From NCBI GenBank assembly GCA_013239625.1, contig MU053588.1, positions 893,988-957,987 of the forward strand: 64,000 nt of DNA, written 5' to 3'. Of this stretch, positions 21,991 through 36,900 are shown one piece after another. The DNA comes from Lama guanicoe. Taxonomy: Eukaryota. Every line of letters begins with the position of its first letter. Position 1 is the first letter of the stretch. The position numbers and the translations under genes are program-made. Below the pieces are notes generated by a model. That model saw only the letters and a list, made by a program, of their open reading frames with translations, was not told the DNA's origin and searched no databases.

Positions 21991-24900
21991 TCTGAGCGAG
22001 GAGAATTGGCGGGGGTGGGGGAAGTTGGGAGCGACTTGGTGACGCTTAGAGGGTGTCGTGGAGCCAGCCCTGGGAGGTAGAACCTTGAGAAGGAGATTTG
22101 GGAGCCCCTGGGAGGGAGGACAGGCGGAGGAGCCGGGCTGGGGAAAGTTTCCTGAGGGGGAGGGAGGAGACTAGGGCTGTTGACCTAGAAGGAGTGGCTT
22201 TGGCCGTTCCTGTGGCAGGAAGGGGGTGAGGGGCCAAACTGAAGACCAGCCTCTTCCTGGCAGCGGAAAGTTCCGGGGCCCAAGAAAGTCCTAGGAGGCC
22301 TGCCTCAGAGGGCGGGGCTTGGATTAGGTGACTTGGTGGCTGTTTTAGCCTCAGGGAGGAGGCCCTCACCCCTCCCCCACCTTTGGAAATTGGACAGCGG
22401 CCTCCTGAGAAACCTTTCTGGTTCATATGCAGTAGAGCGCCTTCCAGAAGAAAGGTGGATACCCAAAGGAAGGCGAAGAAAAGCAGAAGTATTGGGGGGC
22501 ACTTTGTCACGGTGCAAGGGTGGGAGCCCCTTATTATAAGAATATTGGCATTGAGAAGCTGGGCTTGGATTCTTTGGACTGATCGTTAGAGGCTGGTGGA
22601 GGATAAGGCCCAATTTAAACCTCTACAGTGTAAGGAAGTTTGGCCGGAAAGGTCTTTTTGAATAAGTGTAGGTCTAACCTTAACTGCTTCAGACGTCTAA
22701 GCACAAGCAGGCTTTGAAAATAACACTCTTGAAGGAAGAATTCATTGATTCAGCAAAACTTATTGAGCCCCTGCTATGTGTCAGGGACAGTGCTGGCAGC
22801 GGTGATAACAGTTGTGACTCAGCCAGGCCAGGTCCCTGCATGTACAGAGCTTATATTCTAGTGGGGTAGACAGAGACAGTGAGTAAACATTTAAATAATG
22901 AGCACTCACCACAGTATTAAATTACTAAGACGTAATTGAACAGGGTGAAGTAGACAAACAGGGATGAGGTAAGATGATGGGGGCCACTTTAGTTCAGGTG
23001 GTCAGGGAAGGGCTCTCTGAGGAGGGTGACATCTTAGCTCTATCATGAAGAATGAGCAGTGGCAGCAACGTGGAGACCTTGAGGACTAGTGTCCAGTTGG
23101 AAGTAATGAAGTATGAAGGCCTTGAGGCTGGAACAAGCTTGGTGGTATTCGAGGAAAATACAACCAGCATGGCTGGAGTCGGAGGGTGTTGGGGGCGTGG
23201 AATTGGAGGAGAATGTGGGGTGGGAGAAGTAGGCAGGAGCCAGGTGGCTTTATAGGCCAGCATGTTAGATGGAAAGAGAGAAAGTAGGATATGTCTGCAC
23301 CAAGATATCACCAGTGGTGATTTCTGAAGATTTAATTTCCCTATGTCTGAGGCAGAGAGGGAAAAATGAGTCACAGTGGGAGAGGGGCTGTCAAGAGCCA
23401 GTGGGGAAGGTAAAACAAAAAACAAGAGCCAGTGGGGAGAGACTCAGCTCCAGAGGACCGGCAATTAAGAATGCAGGTGTTAATCATTCTTGCAATCTGA
23501 ACTGGAATTTGTCAGCCCTTCTGGGCTTTTTTAGAGGAAGAAGTTGTGTTAGGATGTACCTTCCAGTTACGTGGCCTCGGATTTTATCAAAACTGAGTTT
23601 GGGGATAACATCTATTGCTTACCCTGAGCTCGTATGCATTATTTAATCCTTGAAACAACCTGGTGTGGTGGTGAAGTTACAGATCTTGCTAAGGTCACAC
23701 AGTAGTGACAGAGCTGGGTCTTGCTGCAGAGGTTGTCTCTGTTCCCAATGGCTTTGTCGGCTGCTGCAGCTGGCTGGACCTACTGACCTTTCAGAAGTAC
23801 TCCTGTTTGGCTGGGTAAACTAATGCCCTTGCTTATCTGAAGTTCTGTTTGTTTGAAAGCTTTCAACAGCTTAATTTGAGGTAGGAGGTGGTTTTGATTC
23901 TCTCTCTGTCTGCCCCTTCTGATTGCTTTGGTTTTTCTCTGGTAGTAAGGTCATCCACTAAGAGTTGAGGTGTTTCTGCAGCCACACACAGCTGTGCAAG
24001 TACCTCCAGATGAGTATGGTGGAGGTGGGGGAGAGTGCGTAATGAATGTGTATAAGAGGGAGATCATAATGGTCTGTCAAAGAATAGTCTGTGTGAAGAC
24101 ATGAGGGGGCTGAGGGGTGGTGTAAAGGTGGTAGGACCAGTGGATTGTTGGAGTTGAGGTTTTGAAGGGAGTGAGCTAGAAAGATAGGATGCAGTGGGCA
24201 GTGAGTGAGATGCATGAAACTGAGGTTCTGAGGAGGCTGCAGTTATTGAGACAAAGGTCTAGGTGTGACCGTGGAAGGGAGCTTCTGAGGGGAGGACAGG
24301 ATCACTGAAGGAGAGGAAGTCTAGGAGCCAAGAGGCCAGGATGGTTGGAGGATCAACTGCCTGGATCTGGAAATCCCCAAGAATGATGACAGGAGCAGCA
24401 GCAAGAGTGAGCGTGAGCCAGCAGCTAAAACCATGAAGTGAGGAGTAGTGATCTGGGGCTGCAGATAAGCCACAGGTGGGGTACATTTACTCTGATGACG
24501 AAATTCGTCAGATGTTGAGAGAGTGGAGGGAGAGTGATGTAGAAGCAGCACTCACCTGGAAGGGCCCAAAAGAAGCTATACCCTCAGCAGAGAGCTGGGT
24601 TCAGTTAGAGTAAGAAAGTGGCAAGAATGTTCGGAGAAGAGATTGAGGGAATGAAAGGTTTTGCTTAAGATAGGTCATAAGTACCAGAGACTCCAGGAGT
24701 TGGGGGAAGGGAGATGGCAACAAAACAGTATGTATGGGGATGAAGGGGGACTCAGGAGTCTGGGGCTGATACAGTCATAAGCAAGTGATAGGAGAGTCGT
24801 GTGGTCTCGAGACTGACAGTGTTGGTGAGGCACTGGGTGGTGGAGGGCAGAAAGGGAGGGGTGAGGGATGTAGTGGACACTTGGAGGCTTGGCACAGTGT

Positions 24901-27900
24901 CCTGACTCCAGACGTCTGCAGAGGGAGGTGGGGGAAAGCCGATACTGCCCCGGGTGTTCCTAGCGTTCAGGGAGAGTTCCACTCCACCATGGATGCATGT
25001 AGAGATTACAGACTGGCTGTTCCCACAAGGCCTCAAACAGGCTTTAGGTGACTTGTACAGTTTCTAGAATTGAAAATTTTTTATGGAAAATTTTGATTTT
25101 TGGCTTTGCCTGAAAGATATGAAGATCTGGCAGCACCAGGCCAGTGTTCCCACATAGTACCCATGGGCTGGTGCTGAGTGCTTCTTTTGGAAAGGACGTC
25201 TTTCTCAGTCTGTGTTTATTCACTTGGCCTGCCCTCTGTATTTTCTAATGACTCCCATGTTAAGTATATGCCCCATTTAGTAAATAGAGGTAGATAAAAT
25301 ATAATAGTTCCTTATAAATTGTACAGTGCGGTGACTGTGTGCATGTATGTTATTGTTGTTAGGAAACACCCTTTCAGGTGGCCACAAATGTGCATTTTTT
25401 TTCTCTTCTCAGGTGATAAGTCCTAGTATTTGGAGTGCCTCCCAAATACATAATTTTGATGAATATGAGGGCAGATAATATATTCTTTTTCAGGGTAATA
25501 TATTCCTTTTCAGAATAGAACCTCAAAAATTCCTTTCAGGAGCAGTCAGTTAAGTGTAGTTCCTGCTGCCAGTAGCTTCGGCCAGGCCTTGGGCATCATA
25601 ACTTGTGTTAATGGTTCCTTGGCTCATAGTCCTTTGTTGATTGTTCTTGGGAATTTCCACTGGAGACAAGTGCGGCAGCATTTGTGTGAGAGCCTCCACC
25701 ACACTTTCAAGTGATCGTCCATTTGCATCAACCTGCCTGGGTTAATTTGTTTCCCCAGAACTCTGACTGAAAGAATGAACTTTCCAGCAGATCTCCAATA
25801 AGCATGTTATTAGTCATCATTCCTTTCTCTTCTCCTCACCTCTATGGATAGTGGTAAATTGAGTGGTCAAAGAGACGATGACAGATAAGAGTGGAAGTGT
25901 AGCTGGTGTTGTTGATCAGCTGGGAGTTCTCTAAGGCAGCATCTTGTATCCTTGTCCTTCACAGGAGAGGCGCTTGTTTTAATTGCAGGCAAGACAGTTT
26001 GGTTCCAGGACAGTTTGAAATATTTATCACTGAGTTATTCAACACATATTTATTGAGCACCTACCAAGTGCCAGGCACAGTTTTAGACCCTGGAAGCAAA
26101 GCACTGAATGAAACAGATGACACCCCCCACCCCATCCATGGCAGTTAAGGTGTAATGAGAGGAAAACAATACAAAAACCAAAAAATGAACAGTGAATAAA
26201 TATTTGGGGATGAGTGCTATAAGGAAATGTAAGGTAAGGTTTGTGTGCTTAGTACTGAAAACATGGCCTTTGAGACCCAAATGGTGCCAGTCCCCTAAAG
26301 AACATTAAGGGGCTTGCCTTTAGGTACACTAAGGGAAAGTGGACCCTTGCCAGTAGAAATATTCCCTGGCCCAGGTCGGCATTTGAGAGCTCAGCCTGTG
26401 ATAAAACAGATTTCTCTTTCACCCAACCCCCTACCTGTTTCTCATTTTACCTACCCTCAGAGTCATTTGCAACACTCCAGCTGGCCTCCAGGTAGTTGGC
26501 TAGTCAACCAAACCTGTGTTTGCCCTATTCAGAGGCTGAGAGCAATAAGTAATGAGGTAGCCTTTGATTCGTGTGAGATAGGAGAGAACCCTGAAGGGGT
26601 CACACTGAAATGACTTAACCCCAGGAGGCCTTGGTGGTCCACTGGTCACATGACTAATGAGGAATTCACAGATGACCCCCAGAAGCACTAGTGTCTGGAT
26701 TATGGACATCCTTCTGTGTTCCTAGTCACAAATGTCATTTCACGTGTTGTTTCTGATGAGGTCTTCTTGAGAACTCCTTATGAAGGAATTCTGGAACTTG
26801 GATGCTGAGGCCCAGGAACTACTTAACCTTCAAGTTTATTTGAAGCACATTTTTCGTTATTGGGAAGCTATTTTAGAGGTGAGGGCGAATGTTTGAGATG
26901 GATCTCACCAACAGAGTCCTGGGTTCCTGGCTTTAGAAGCCCCTTAATTTGAAATCCCTGAGTTCATATGTGGTGCTTTGTGTGTGTCCTAGAGTTGGTC
27001 ATTTAGAGGGTAGGGCATGTTCTTGTGGAGGTGGGGGGATGATGAAAAAATATTAGATATTACAATAGTTTGTGACCTCCTACAGGGCCACACAGATATA
27101 CAGTATGTCTGTGGTATTGAAATTTAATGGGCTGATTAGGAAAAATATGTCTAAAAAGTCACCTTAGGGAGAGTGAGATAAAGATTGAGAAACATTGCTT
27201 TAGGGAGAGTCCATTAGCTTTCATCAATTTCTGAAAAAGTTCTATATTTCAAAAAAGGTTAAGAGCCCCTGAATGTGAATTAACAGACAATTCCATGAAA
27301 GTCTTTGAAACTGCTTGTTTCCTTCCAAATTATTCAGATGGATTTCTATAATTCTAGTTATGGATTTTGGTAAGGGTAGAATTTATAGTTCCACTTGAGT
27401 GATGAATATGAGGTGACAGTGGGTAGCAGTGGTGGCTTGCCTTGTGCCGATAGTTTATGGAATGTAAACCTTTCTGTCTAAATATTTTATATCTAAAATG
27501 CCAAGATTTTATATCTAAAACACCAAGATTTTATGAGCCTTACAATTTAAGTTGGATTTGTCATTGTAAATGTTCTTTCCTCATACATACCTAGGGGTTA
27601 TTTTAAAGTTTCTGAGTTACTTATCCTAACGACAACTTCCAGACACCTGAAACTAGAGGACATGGGTAATTAATAGCTTTCTGTAGTAGAAACAGAAGCC
27701 CAAAAGTATGTAGAACCTATCCAGCTAACCAAAATAGGTGGATTTATAGATCACCTTGAAATAAGACTGATTATGAAATAAATGTCAACTTTGGAACTTG
27801 GCATGGTAGAATTAAAACAACTTTGAACACATTCCTGATCTTCAGTACCTCTTCACTCACAGAAAACTTTAAGATTCTCTCATTCCTTAAGGAAAAGGTA

Positions 27901-30900
27901 ACTTGAAGTCCAAATGGGTAGCCAAGCCATAATTGTTCTTATTTTCCCATCTCTAACCTCTTAATCTCCTGATATTGTGGTGTTGCAGGACTTTGATCTA
28001 TGTGATAGTCTACCATTGCCTTACTGTAGGTGAAGTTAAGGAATTCTGTATCTTCAGCCACAGCAGGTGGTTGCACAGCAAAAAAAGGGAAGGAGTGATG
28101 GTTGAGTTAGTTTGATCAACTCATTGGCTTGAGTTTGTGCTTTTGGTTTTTAGTATTCCCTATATCCTGTCAGTCATCACATTCAGTTGGACTCTAGTGA
28201 AATTTGTCATCCTCTTTGACTTCATTCCCACTGTTCCTGCATTAGTCTGGTCTTCATAAAAATATAGTATCTACTATTTATTCAAAGCTTTGTGCCAAAT
28301 GTTTTAAGCACTTACAATAGAGTGAAAAAAATCCTTTAATTCTCATAACACGCTTAATGATATTGATCTGTGTGTCCAAGAAGTCCCTTGCATTTGAGTT
28401 GTTTTTAAGAAATGCATCTGCAGGCCCACAGAATTTATCTCATCAGGGCCCATGGAGGGAAAGCCAACTGAATTTCCCCACTTTATTACTTACCAGTGAT
28501 TTCAAGACATTGAGCAATCTCAAACAAACCATTGTCAAGATAGCCTCAAGATTAATGAATGGTGTATTCCACAGCAGGAAACGAAAGTCTAGATGTCACA
28601 AAAGGGGTCATTTTGCTAGCAAACTTGTCAAAAAAAACCCCTTTTATACTAACTAGATCCAGAATGGATGTAAATCACACAGAGAGGCCTTTACTGCAAC
28701 CTGGGCTGAGTTGCATTTATAATGTCTTCAAATTAGTTCTCTTGCTAACATTCTTAGCTTTTACTTTAACCTAAAGGGATTTTAAAGAGAAAATTCCTGT
28801 TTACTACAGAATATTTCCGATACCAGATATGTGGGTTTTTCCATATCAGGCCATTCTCTGCAGACACAGATTGGGTGGATTAGGGTGTCTGACAGTTTAA
28901 CTCGGTTCTGACGCTAACTGCATCTGGTGAGCACAGATCCTGCAGGTTAAGGTCTCATTCCCACCAGGCTGCTCCTCCCCCACTCAGATGCCAGCCACAA
29001 GTCACCTGTCATTCTGACCAACCTGCTATAAATCAAGGGTTCCCACAACCCCCTCCAGTTCAGTAATTTGCTTAGAATGGCTCACAGAACTCAGGGAAAC
29101 ACGTTTACCAGTTTATTATAAAGGATACAAATGAACAGCCAGATGAAGACAGAGGTATGGAAGGGTCCCCAGTGTAGGAGCTTCTGTCCCTGTGGAGTTT
29201 GGGGTGAGCCATCCTCCTGGCACATGGATGTGTTCACCTACTCAGGAGCTCTCATGCCTTTGGTTGGGGTATTTTATGGAAGATTCATCACGTAGGCATG
29301 ATTATTAACTCAATATCCCATCCCTCCCCACTCCCTGGAGGATAGTGGGTGGGGCTGAAAGTTCCAACCCTTTCATCTTGCCTTGGTTTTTCTGACAACC
29401 AACCCCCATCCAGAAGCTTTCTAGGTCCTCCCACCCAAGACACTGGTTATATCATTAGCATACAAAAAGACAGTCTTATCCCTCCAGAGATTGCCAGGGT
29501 TTTAGTTCTTATGTCAGAAACCCAAGTCAAAGAACAAATATTAGAATAGCAGATGCTCCAGCACTCAGGAAATTACAAGGGTTTTAGGAGCTCTAAATTA
29601 GGAAGGGGGGAACAGGAGCAGGGACTAAATACGTATTGCTGATTATGTTGCAGATATGATGGGTCCACAATCAGAGCTTTGTCTTATGTTCCTAAGCTCC
29701 TAATAGTCTGATTTAGATACTCCAAGCCTCTGAAATCTACGGTTTTTTAATTAGCCACACCTAAATCAGAATATGGGGCTTGCTGAATTGAAGAATATCG
29801 ATCGGGTTTATACATTTTCCAGCTTTATTGGGAAGTTTATACCTTTTTTGTTGCATTTATTGTTTTCTTGTTATGAAGTGCATGTGCAGGGAGGTTAGGA
29901 AAGCTGCCTTCCGTTCCCATCCCAATACCGGGCTAGTGAGAGGCAGCCAGGGATTCCTGCACACACTGGTCCTTTACTAGAACATCTTCCTCTACTCTAC
30001 CCTACACACTTTTGCCAAGTGCCTCTTCCTTATTGTCACTCCCCTATACCAGAATCTTTGCTCATTTCCTTTGTACCTTGTATGGCTTACAAACCCTTTG
30101 AATTTAGGGTGTAATTATAATACTTTGTGTGATTTTTTTTCCTTCTATCCAAGCCAGTCTTGTGGCTCTAACTTAATTGTGAGTGCCTACAGGGCAAGGA
30201 CCACGTTCACAGTGAGTGCCCTCTACGTAGGATGGCTGCTCAGCTCAGTTTACCTCGAAGGGTTCCAGTTTATGCCATCATATGTCCCAGTGTCTTAACT
30301 ATTTTCACTCTAACGTGTCTTGATCTTGAGGGTAAATTATATGATTATGTTGCTTAGATGGATTAGCTATTCACCAAGTACTTATTGCTTAGTATTGCTC
30401 AAGATACTAGGGAATTTAGTACATTCAGTTTTATTTACCAGGTAGTTTACAGTATTTTGACTGAAAAATTTAAGCAAACAAAAGGGATGACCATAATCCA
30501 CTATCCAGATAAAGCCCTTAAAAAAATTAAAATGTATTTGTAAGATTAGAATTCTCAGATTGTACTAAAGGAACCGTGGAAAAGCCTCACCCTCCTATAG
30601 TCTCTTTCCCTAAAGCTAGTCATACATGTGTCTAAATTAAAAGTTTAAAAAGAGAGCATAATATTTAAGCCATTCTTTTGCTTTTTTTCTTTCTTAGTCT
30701 TGGACACTTTCCTATACCAGCACATACACACTTGCCAGTTTTTAACAACTCTTGAGTATTCGATTATGTGGATATCTCACAAGTTATTTCACTAGCATGA
30801 ACATGGTGTTCAAGTGGTGAATTTTCAGCTTTTTTAAACTGTGCACACCAGACCCTTGTGAATGTGGTAATAGTTACCCCTGTTCTTTGAAACTCTTGAA

Positions 30901-33900
30901 TTAATTGACTCTTCCTTGTTTGTTTTTTGATACTGAGGAGTGAACTCTACTCTTATTTTTGTGTGTGTGTCAGATAGTATTTTCAGCCATCTGAGGATTA
31001 TTGCAGCAAATCATTTCCCTTTGCCCATTATCCTTAGAATTCTAAGTGGTTTTAATGAAAAGAGTAAAGCTGTTTTTAGTGGTGGAATGGTGTGCTGCAG
31101 TGTTTTTGGCAAAGAATAAAACCTGAGGAGTGTGTGGTCAGTGTTGTTATAAGAAATGTGAGCCCTAGGAGTCTGTGTGATAGTCAGATAGTCAGATGGT
31201 CAGATAGATTTCTGACCACACATGTAGGACTTTCTGAGTTATGCAACATGATGAGGGTGGAAAATCTGAGCAGGGTGTTTTTATAAACATTCTTTAAAGA
31301 AATGATTGGCGAACTGCAGCTTGTGGTCACTGCCTACATGTGGCCTGCAAGCTGAGTATGGTTTTTGCATTTTTTTAATGGTTGAAAAAAATTAAAGACA
31401 TATTTTTTGTGTGTGGAGGTAATTAGGTTTACTAATTATATTTATATATTTAATATATATTTATTTTTAACAGAAATGCAGGGTATTCAACCCAGGACCT
31501 CACGCATGCTAAGCCTGCTCTCTACCACTGAGCTATACCCTCCCCTTCAAAAGAATATTTTAAGACATAAAAATTACATGAAAGTAAGTTTTATTGGAAT
31601 GACAGCCTTGGTCATTACCTCTGGCTGCTTTCATGTATGAAGCCTGTAATAAAAGCAAATCCTTGCTTTGCATGATTTTCCACATGCACAGTTTACAGTT
31701 ACTACAGTATATTAACTGTGAATACTTGAGTACAGACCAAGTTTTCAGGTACTAGCCCTTAAGTCACAAATCACTTAAATCACACATACGCATGGTAATT
31801 GGTCACTGCACATGTGTGATTCGGTTCATACACACACAGCAAAGCGTGTAGTTGTGTTGCCTTCTTGTTTCCCCATGCATGTGACAGTTTACAAAAATAG
31901 TTGATCGATAGAAGAGAATGGCCAAAAAAGACGAAAGTGCAGCAAAGAGAAAACGCTGGAAGTGAAATTCCAATTGCATATAAATGGAGAGATAGAAGAA
32001 TGAGCTCACTGTGGGAGTGCTGGCACTGCCGCCATCAGAGACTGATATGCAGCTAGAGGAGCTTATCCATAGAAATGAGGAAAGTGGTTGTTAACAAAAA
32101 GGCTGATGTTCCCATGGACACTGGCAAAAACCTACAGAGTCAAGCAACTCTCAGAACAATTCTGTGGCACTGAAAGGGCAAAGGATAAAATATTGGAAGC
32201 TGATCCAAACCTAGAAAGGTGATCCAAACCACTAAGGTGAACTGAAAAGATGCTTGCTCCGTATCATAAATATATGACAAGGACCTTCACAAGCACTGTT
32301 CAGATTAGTCTTGGTGATTTATTTAGTTATTTACAAAGAAGATTAAGCACTTCAATTCTCAAGTTTCTAATGTTTTCACTTAAAATGTACTAAATAAATA
32401 TTCATTTTATTTTAATTATTCTGTACGTTTATAACCCACAGTTTTTAATGTTTTAGCAAAGAATTTTAAAGATCATGAAACAGTCATAATTTTTCCCATT
32501 GTTTTGCATGATTTTGCGCTATTCTACCTGTTTACTATTTGGCCTGTCATTAAAAAGTTAACTGACCTTTGCTCTAGAGAAAACAGATGGAGGAGGAGGA
32601 GGAGGACCATTCAATGAGTGGCTTCAGCTTGTGAGATGATCCAGGGCTTTCTTATTAGGATACAGTGAGGCAAGAAGTTGGTATTTAGTTTTTAGGACCC
32701 ATGAGAATAAAAAGTGTAGACTAGAATCCTAGGAGAGTTATTTTTGCTTGTTTTAAAAACTTACTCTGAATCGGTATAAAAACATGATTAAAAGAAAACA
32801 CTAAGTGCAAGGTACTTGTTAATTTGGAGGAGACAGAACAGGTGGGACTGACGTGAGGTTTTGGCTCTATCATGTTTTGGTCCTTTAAAATGTTAGAATT
32901 TGATAAAGCGGAGTAGATACACCCATTTTAAGGTATTTTCTGTACTTTTCATAATATTTGAAACATTTCATTAAACTTTTCAATAGACGCTGCTACAGTT
33001 GTGCATGTTTGGAGAATGATTAGATGCCATCTTCTTAAACCTATAAAGTTAGTGCCTGGGAGCTTAACATTTCTGTGGTGGCCCTGTTAGAAGGTGGCAG
33101 CAGATCATTCCAGCTAGCTACGTACAGAGTGAAGTTGTCTGAGGCAGTGGCTGGTTGTTTTGGTTAAACCTCTAGTGACTTCAGAACCAGAGAAACCTGT
33201 TTTCTATAACAAAGACCAGTCCGTTTGGCTATTTTGTAATAGCTGATGTTCAAAACACCTGCCAGAGTTTTGTAATTTAGGTTCATATGTCAGATAATAT
33301 ATGAATTTAACCATTTCTAATGCTTATCCAAGAGAAAAAAATGTTACTGTCTCCTAAAGGCAGGAATTGCATTTTTACGTATTCTGAAGCGATTGTACCA
33401 AATTTGGTGCCCTTCAGCTTTTTCCCTGTTTTCCTTACTCTGCGTTTTGAAAACTTATAGGATGCATTTAATTTTGCACTAACATTTGTGAGCATACAAA
33501 TAGGACTTGAAACATATTTTCATGGTTATTTCCCAAAACTGTTCCAAGACCGATATATAATTTTGTCATCTCTTAATAATAATTATTTATTAAGGAATAA
33601 CTTCCTGAAAATTGTCCAGCCAAGACCCCTCAGCCTTGGCCAGTTCTTTGGTGTGGTGCTGTCAGTGACTCTGTCACTGAGTGTGACTGTAAACAGACCC
33701 AGCAGAGGGCTTGGCCTTGGTGAGCCCTCTGGTTCTGATGAATCCTTGAGGAATGTTTTCCCCACTGCCTGTCACTGTGGTGGGTTTTTCTTTCTTTCCA
33801 CCCAAGGGGTTGTTATGTTTACGCTGGAGCTCACTGATCAGACCAATAGGAATTCAAATCCAGCACTGCTGTTTGCTTAGCTTAACCCACCCAAACCTCA

Positions 33901-36900
33901 GGGTCCTCACTTGTAAAAGGGGGTTGTTACTGCATGATTCACAGTTTTGGGACTATTAGAAATAGTGCACATAATGTGCCTCACATCAGGCTTAGTGAAG
34001 GCAGTAAAATGAGGTGTCAAGAAGTAAATCATACTCTGTGCATTTTGGTTCGTTTTGATTTTAAGCTGTGTCTACCGAAGTATGGTATTTGATTTTCTTT
34101 AAGCTTTTTTTTAAGGAAGGTGATAGATAAGTCGTGGAAGCCATCTTACATACTAAAGTATTTCTGGCTTTTTGTACAAATGTTTTGGAGAACAACAAAA
34201 GAAAAAATGCATTGATGTTATGTGGAGTGAGGTGAAGAATATGTGGCCTGTGTTTCCTAAAGAAACATTCTCTCCCTTGAAACCAGCAAACTAAAACAAA
34301 ATCCTTTTTCATGAGTTCACTCCCTTAAGCCTAGAGCATAAAAATTTGAATCATAGAAGCTTAAAAGCAATTTAGTTAGTAGAAGCATGTAACAAAATGA
34401 GACTTTTCTCCATTTGACAGGGAGCCTCCACACTCACAGAGAGGACTTCTTGAGACATTAAGGGTGTGGTTAAATTTCATCTTAATTGAACCTAGCTTTG
34501 GCCAACTAACCTGCTACTTAGAGCTCTTTTACGCTTATCAAGGGACCTGAAAATAAGGCTGCTTCTGAAACTTAAGCTATGAGATCAGTGTGTGATCACT
34601 AAGAGCAGATGTGAGCAGCTGTTCGAGACAGAGTGGCCTCCCAGGCCCACAGGATTTGTGATGAAGGGCCCATCACATCTGCAGGAAGGATGTTCCAGTG
34701 AGGAGGAAGCAGTGGTCAGCAGTGGCAGTCAGGAAGGAAGTATTCCAGAGGCAGATCTTGACCGAGCTCTCTTGACCGAAGCACTGTAGTCTGCCTGGTA
34801 GGCTCCGATAGAGAGGACATTCACAAGGAATCCCACAGAAAACTGCCTTACTCTGACTCCAAGTGACCTGCTCCATTTCACCTTGCTTTCTGAGGCAGTA
34901 TGCTGGATAGCTTACACATCCAGCCTGCTTGACAGTTAATTCCTCAGTATCCTCTTGTGCGCTTTGTTAGCAGGGATCAGCATCCTCGTGCCCCATGAGC
35001 GCAGAGGCACTCAGAGTATGTGTCTGAGCCCATAAAGATAAGGGCCAGTTTCTGAGCAGTGTTGACTTCACCAAGGTAACTGCCATCCATCCCTAGATAA
35101 GCTTTTTCCCTCTTCCTCTTTATACACCCTCAGGCTTCTACAGCTGCACAGAGTGTGTATCTGGCACTCTTGCTTCTGAAAAGCCACTGAATTCTCACCC
35201 TTTATACCATGATCGCCCTGCTGCATTCTCTGCTGTGGTATTTGGCGGTTTCCATCTGGCTGCCTTGAGCTTCGTTTGGCTCCTCTCAGGTGTTTGTTTC
35301 AATTGAGACATAATTCACATTCCATACAGTTGACCCATTTAAAGTGTACAGTTCCTCCCTCAGATTTTCTTGTTAAAAAAAGACTGTACTTGAAGCTGTT
35401 CAGGAAGCAAGGCCACGAAGGAGTTAGTGATCCGCAGGGCTCTCAGCTTGGCAGGGTGTTGGATAGGCTGTTTCACCTCAGGAGCATTGGGCACCCCTTG
35501 CCTTGATGTTGTTCTCTGTTTGAGGTCGTAAGTGGATCCTGTGTGGGTCCTCTCCATCTTGTCTTGTTGCTAGCAATGCTGCCTCTGGCATTTGACAGTG
35601 GTGTGGGTTGGACAGAATCACACACCAGAGGACTCCTCTCTTGCCATGTCTTCCCTGGGCCTTGTTGATTGTGTATGTTTTGTGACCTTTGGCACATAGT
35701 ACAAAGTCCCTGCTCCAGGTGTACACCCAGCTGGTTCTTGTTGATGTGTTATACGGACGAAAGTTACCCCTATTAAAAAAAAACTGATTTATTAAAGTAT
35801 TTACTTACCATAAAATCAGTTGTTTTAAGCATACAATCCAATGACTTTTGGTACATTTACAGAGTTGTACAACCATCCCCACATTCCAATTTTAGAACAT
35901 TTCCACCATCCCCAAAAGATCCATCCCTATGCCAATTTGCAGTCACTCCCCCCCCCCCCAGTTCCAGGCCAACACTAATCTTCCTGTCTCTATTGATTTG
36001 CCTTTCCTGGACATACTGTATGATTGCATTCATATGAAGTGTCCAGATAAGGTACTTTTAACTGGTGATTTAACTGATGGTTGCTTTCAAATTAACAAGA
36101 GAATTTTTTACTTTAGAGTGTGCTTTTTTTGCTGTACTAGTTACCTGTGATTTTTTGGTGTGTGTGGGAGTTCCTTGGGGGTGTTTGTTTATTTTGCATA
36201 GTACCAAACTTTTTGTCCATAGATAGATGTTTTGTGGACATTTGTTTTCATGCCTATCATTGTGATGTATTTGGGGAGACACAAGAGAAGCACAAATTCT
36301 GCCCTCTGCTTTCAAAAGGCATCCCCTAGTTGGTGAGGTAAACCTAGCAAACATGAAAACAACTAAGGAGGAGTAAATGACAGCATATAACCACGTGTAA
36401 GGCCCTGGGATGTTTTTATTTGAAATGTTTACCAAGCACCCTGTGCTAGGCCCCACGCAGATTGGAATGCCCTTGTGCCAGAAGGCAGAGATCCATGGAG
36501 GCCAGGGTATAGAGAGGTGATGTGGACTTGTGGTCCCAGGAGGGGTGATATGGTGGTGCAGAGCAGACGCTGAATCACATGGTCAGGTTACTCCCTTTTC
36601 CAGTTGGTTTCCTGGCGAAAGTCTCATTCTAGTGCAGGTGATACCTCTAGCACTTGTGTATCTGTCCTTTTTAAAGAGAAAGGCCTTCTGCATGCAGATG
36701 TATCTGGCTGGAATTTTATAACATAGTTGTTCTGTTTCCCGTGTACTAGAGTGGGGCCAGATTTTGGGACACTTTGAAACCTAGGCCCATATTGGTTTGC
36801 TCAGATAGGAGCCATTATCCACACTGGAGCAAAGGAGTGACCTGAGTTGCCTTTGGAGGTTTGGCAGTGGGGAGAGCTAGCATTAGGGAGCTTCTTTCTG

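Noticed and set aside
21178..22510. ORFs of 100-173 aa over the SPINT2 promoter, including an in-frame GTG extension at 21677
   Set aside because: CpG-island artefacts; the ATG at 21773 has good Kozak context and directly starts the signal peptide
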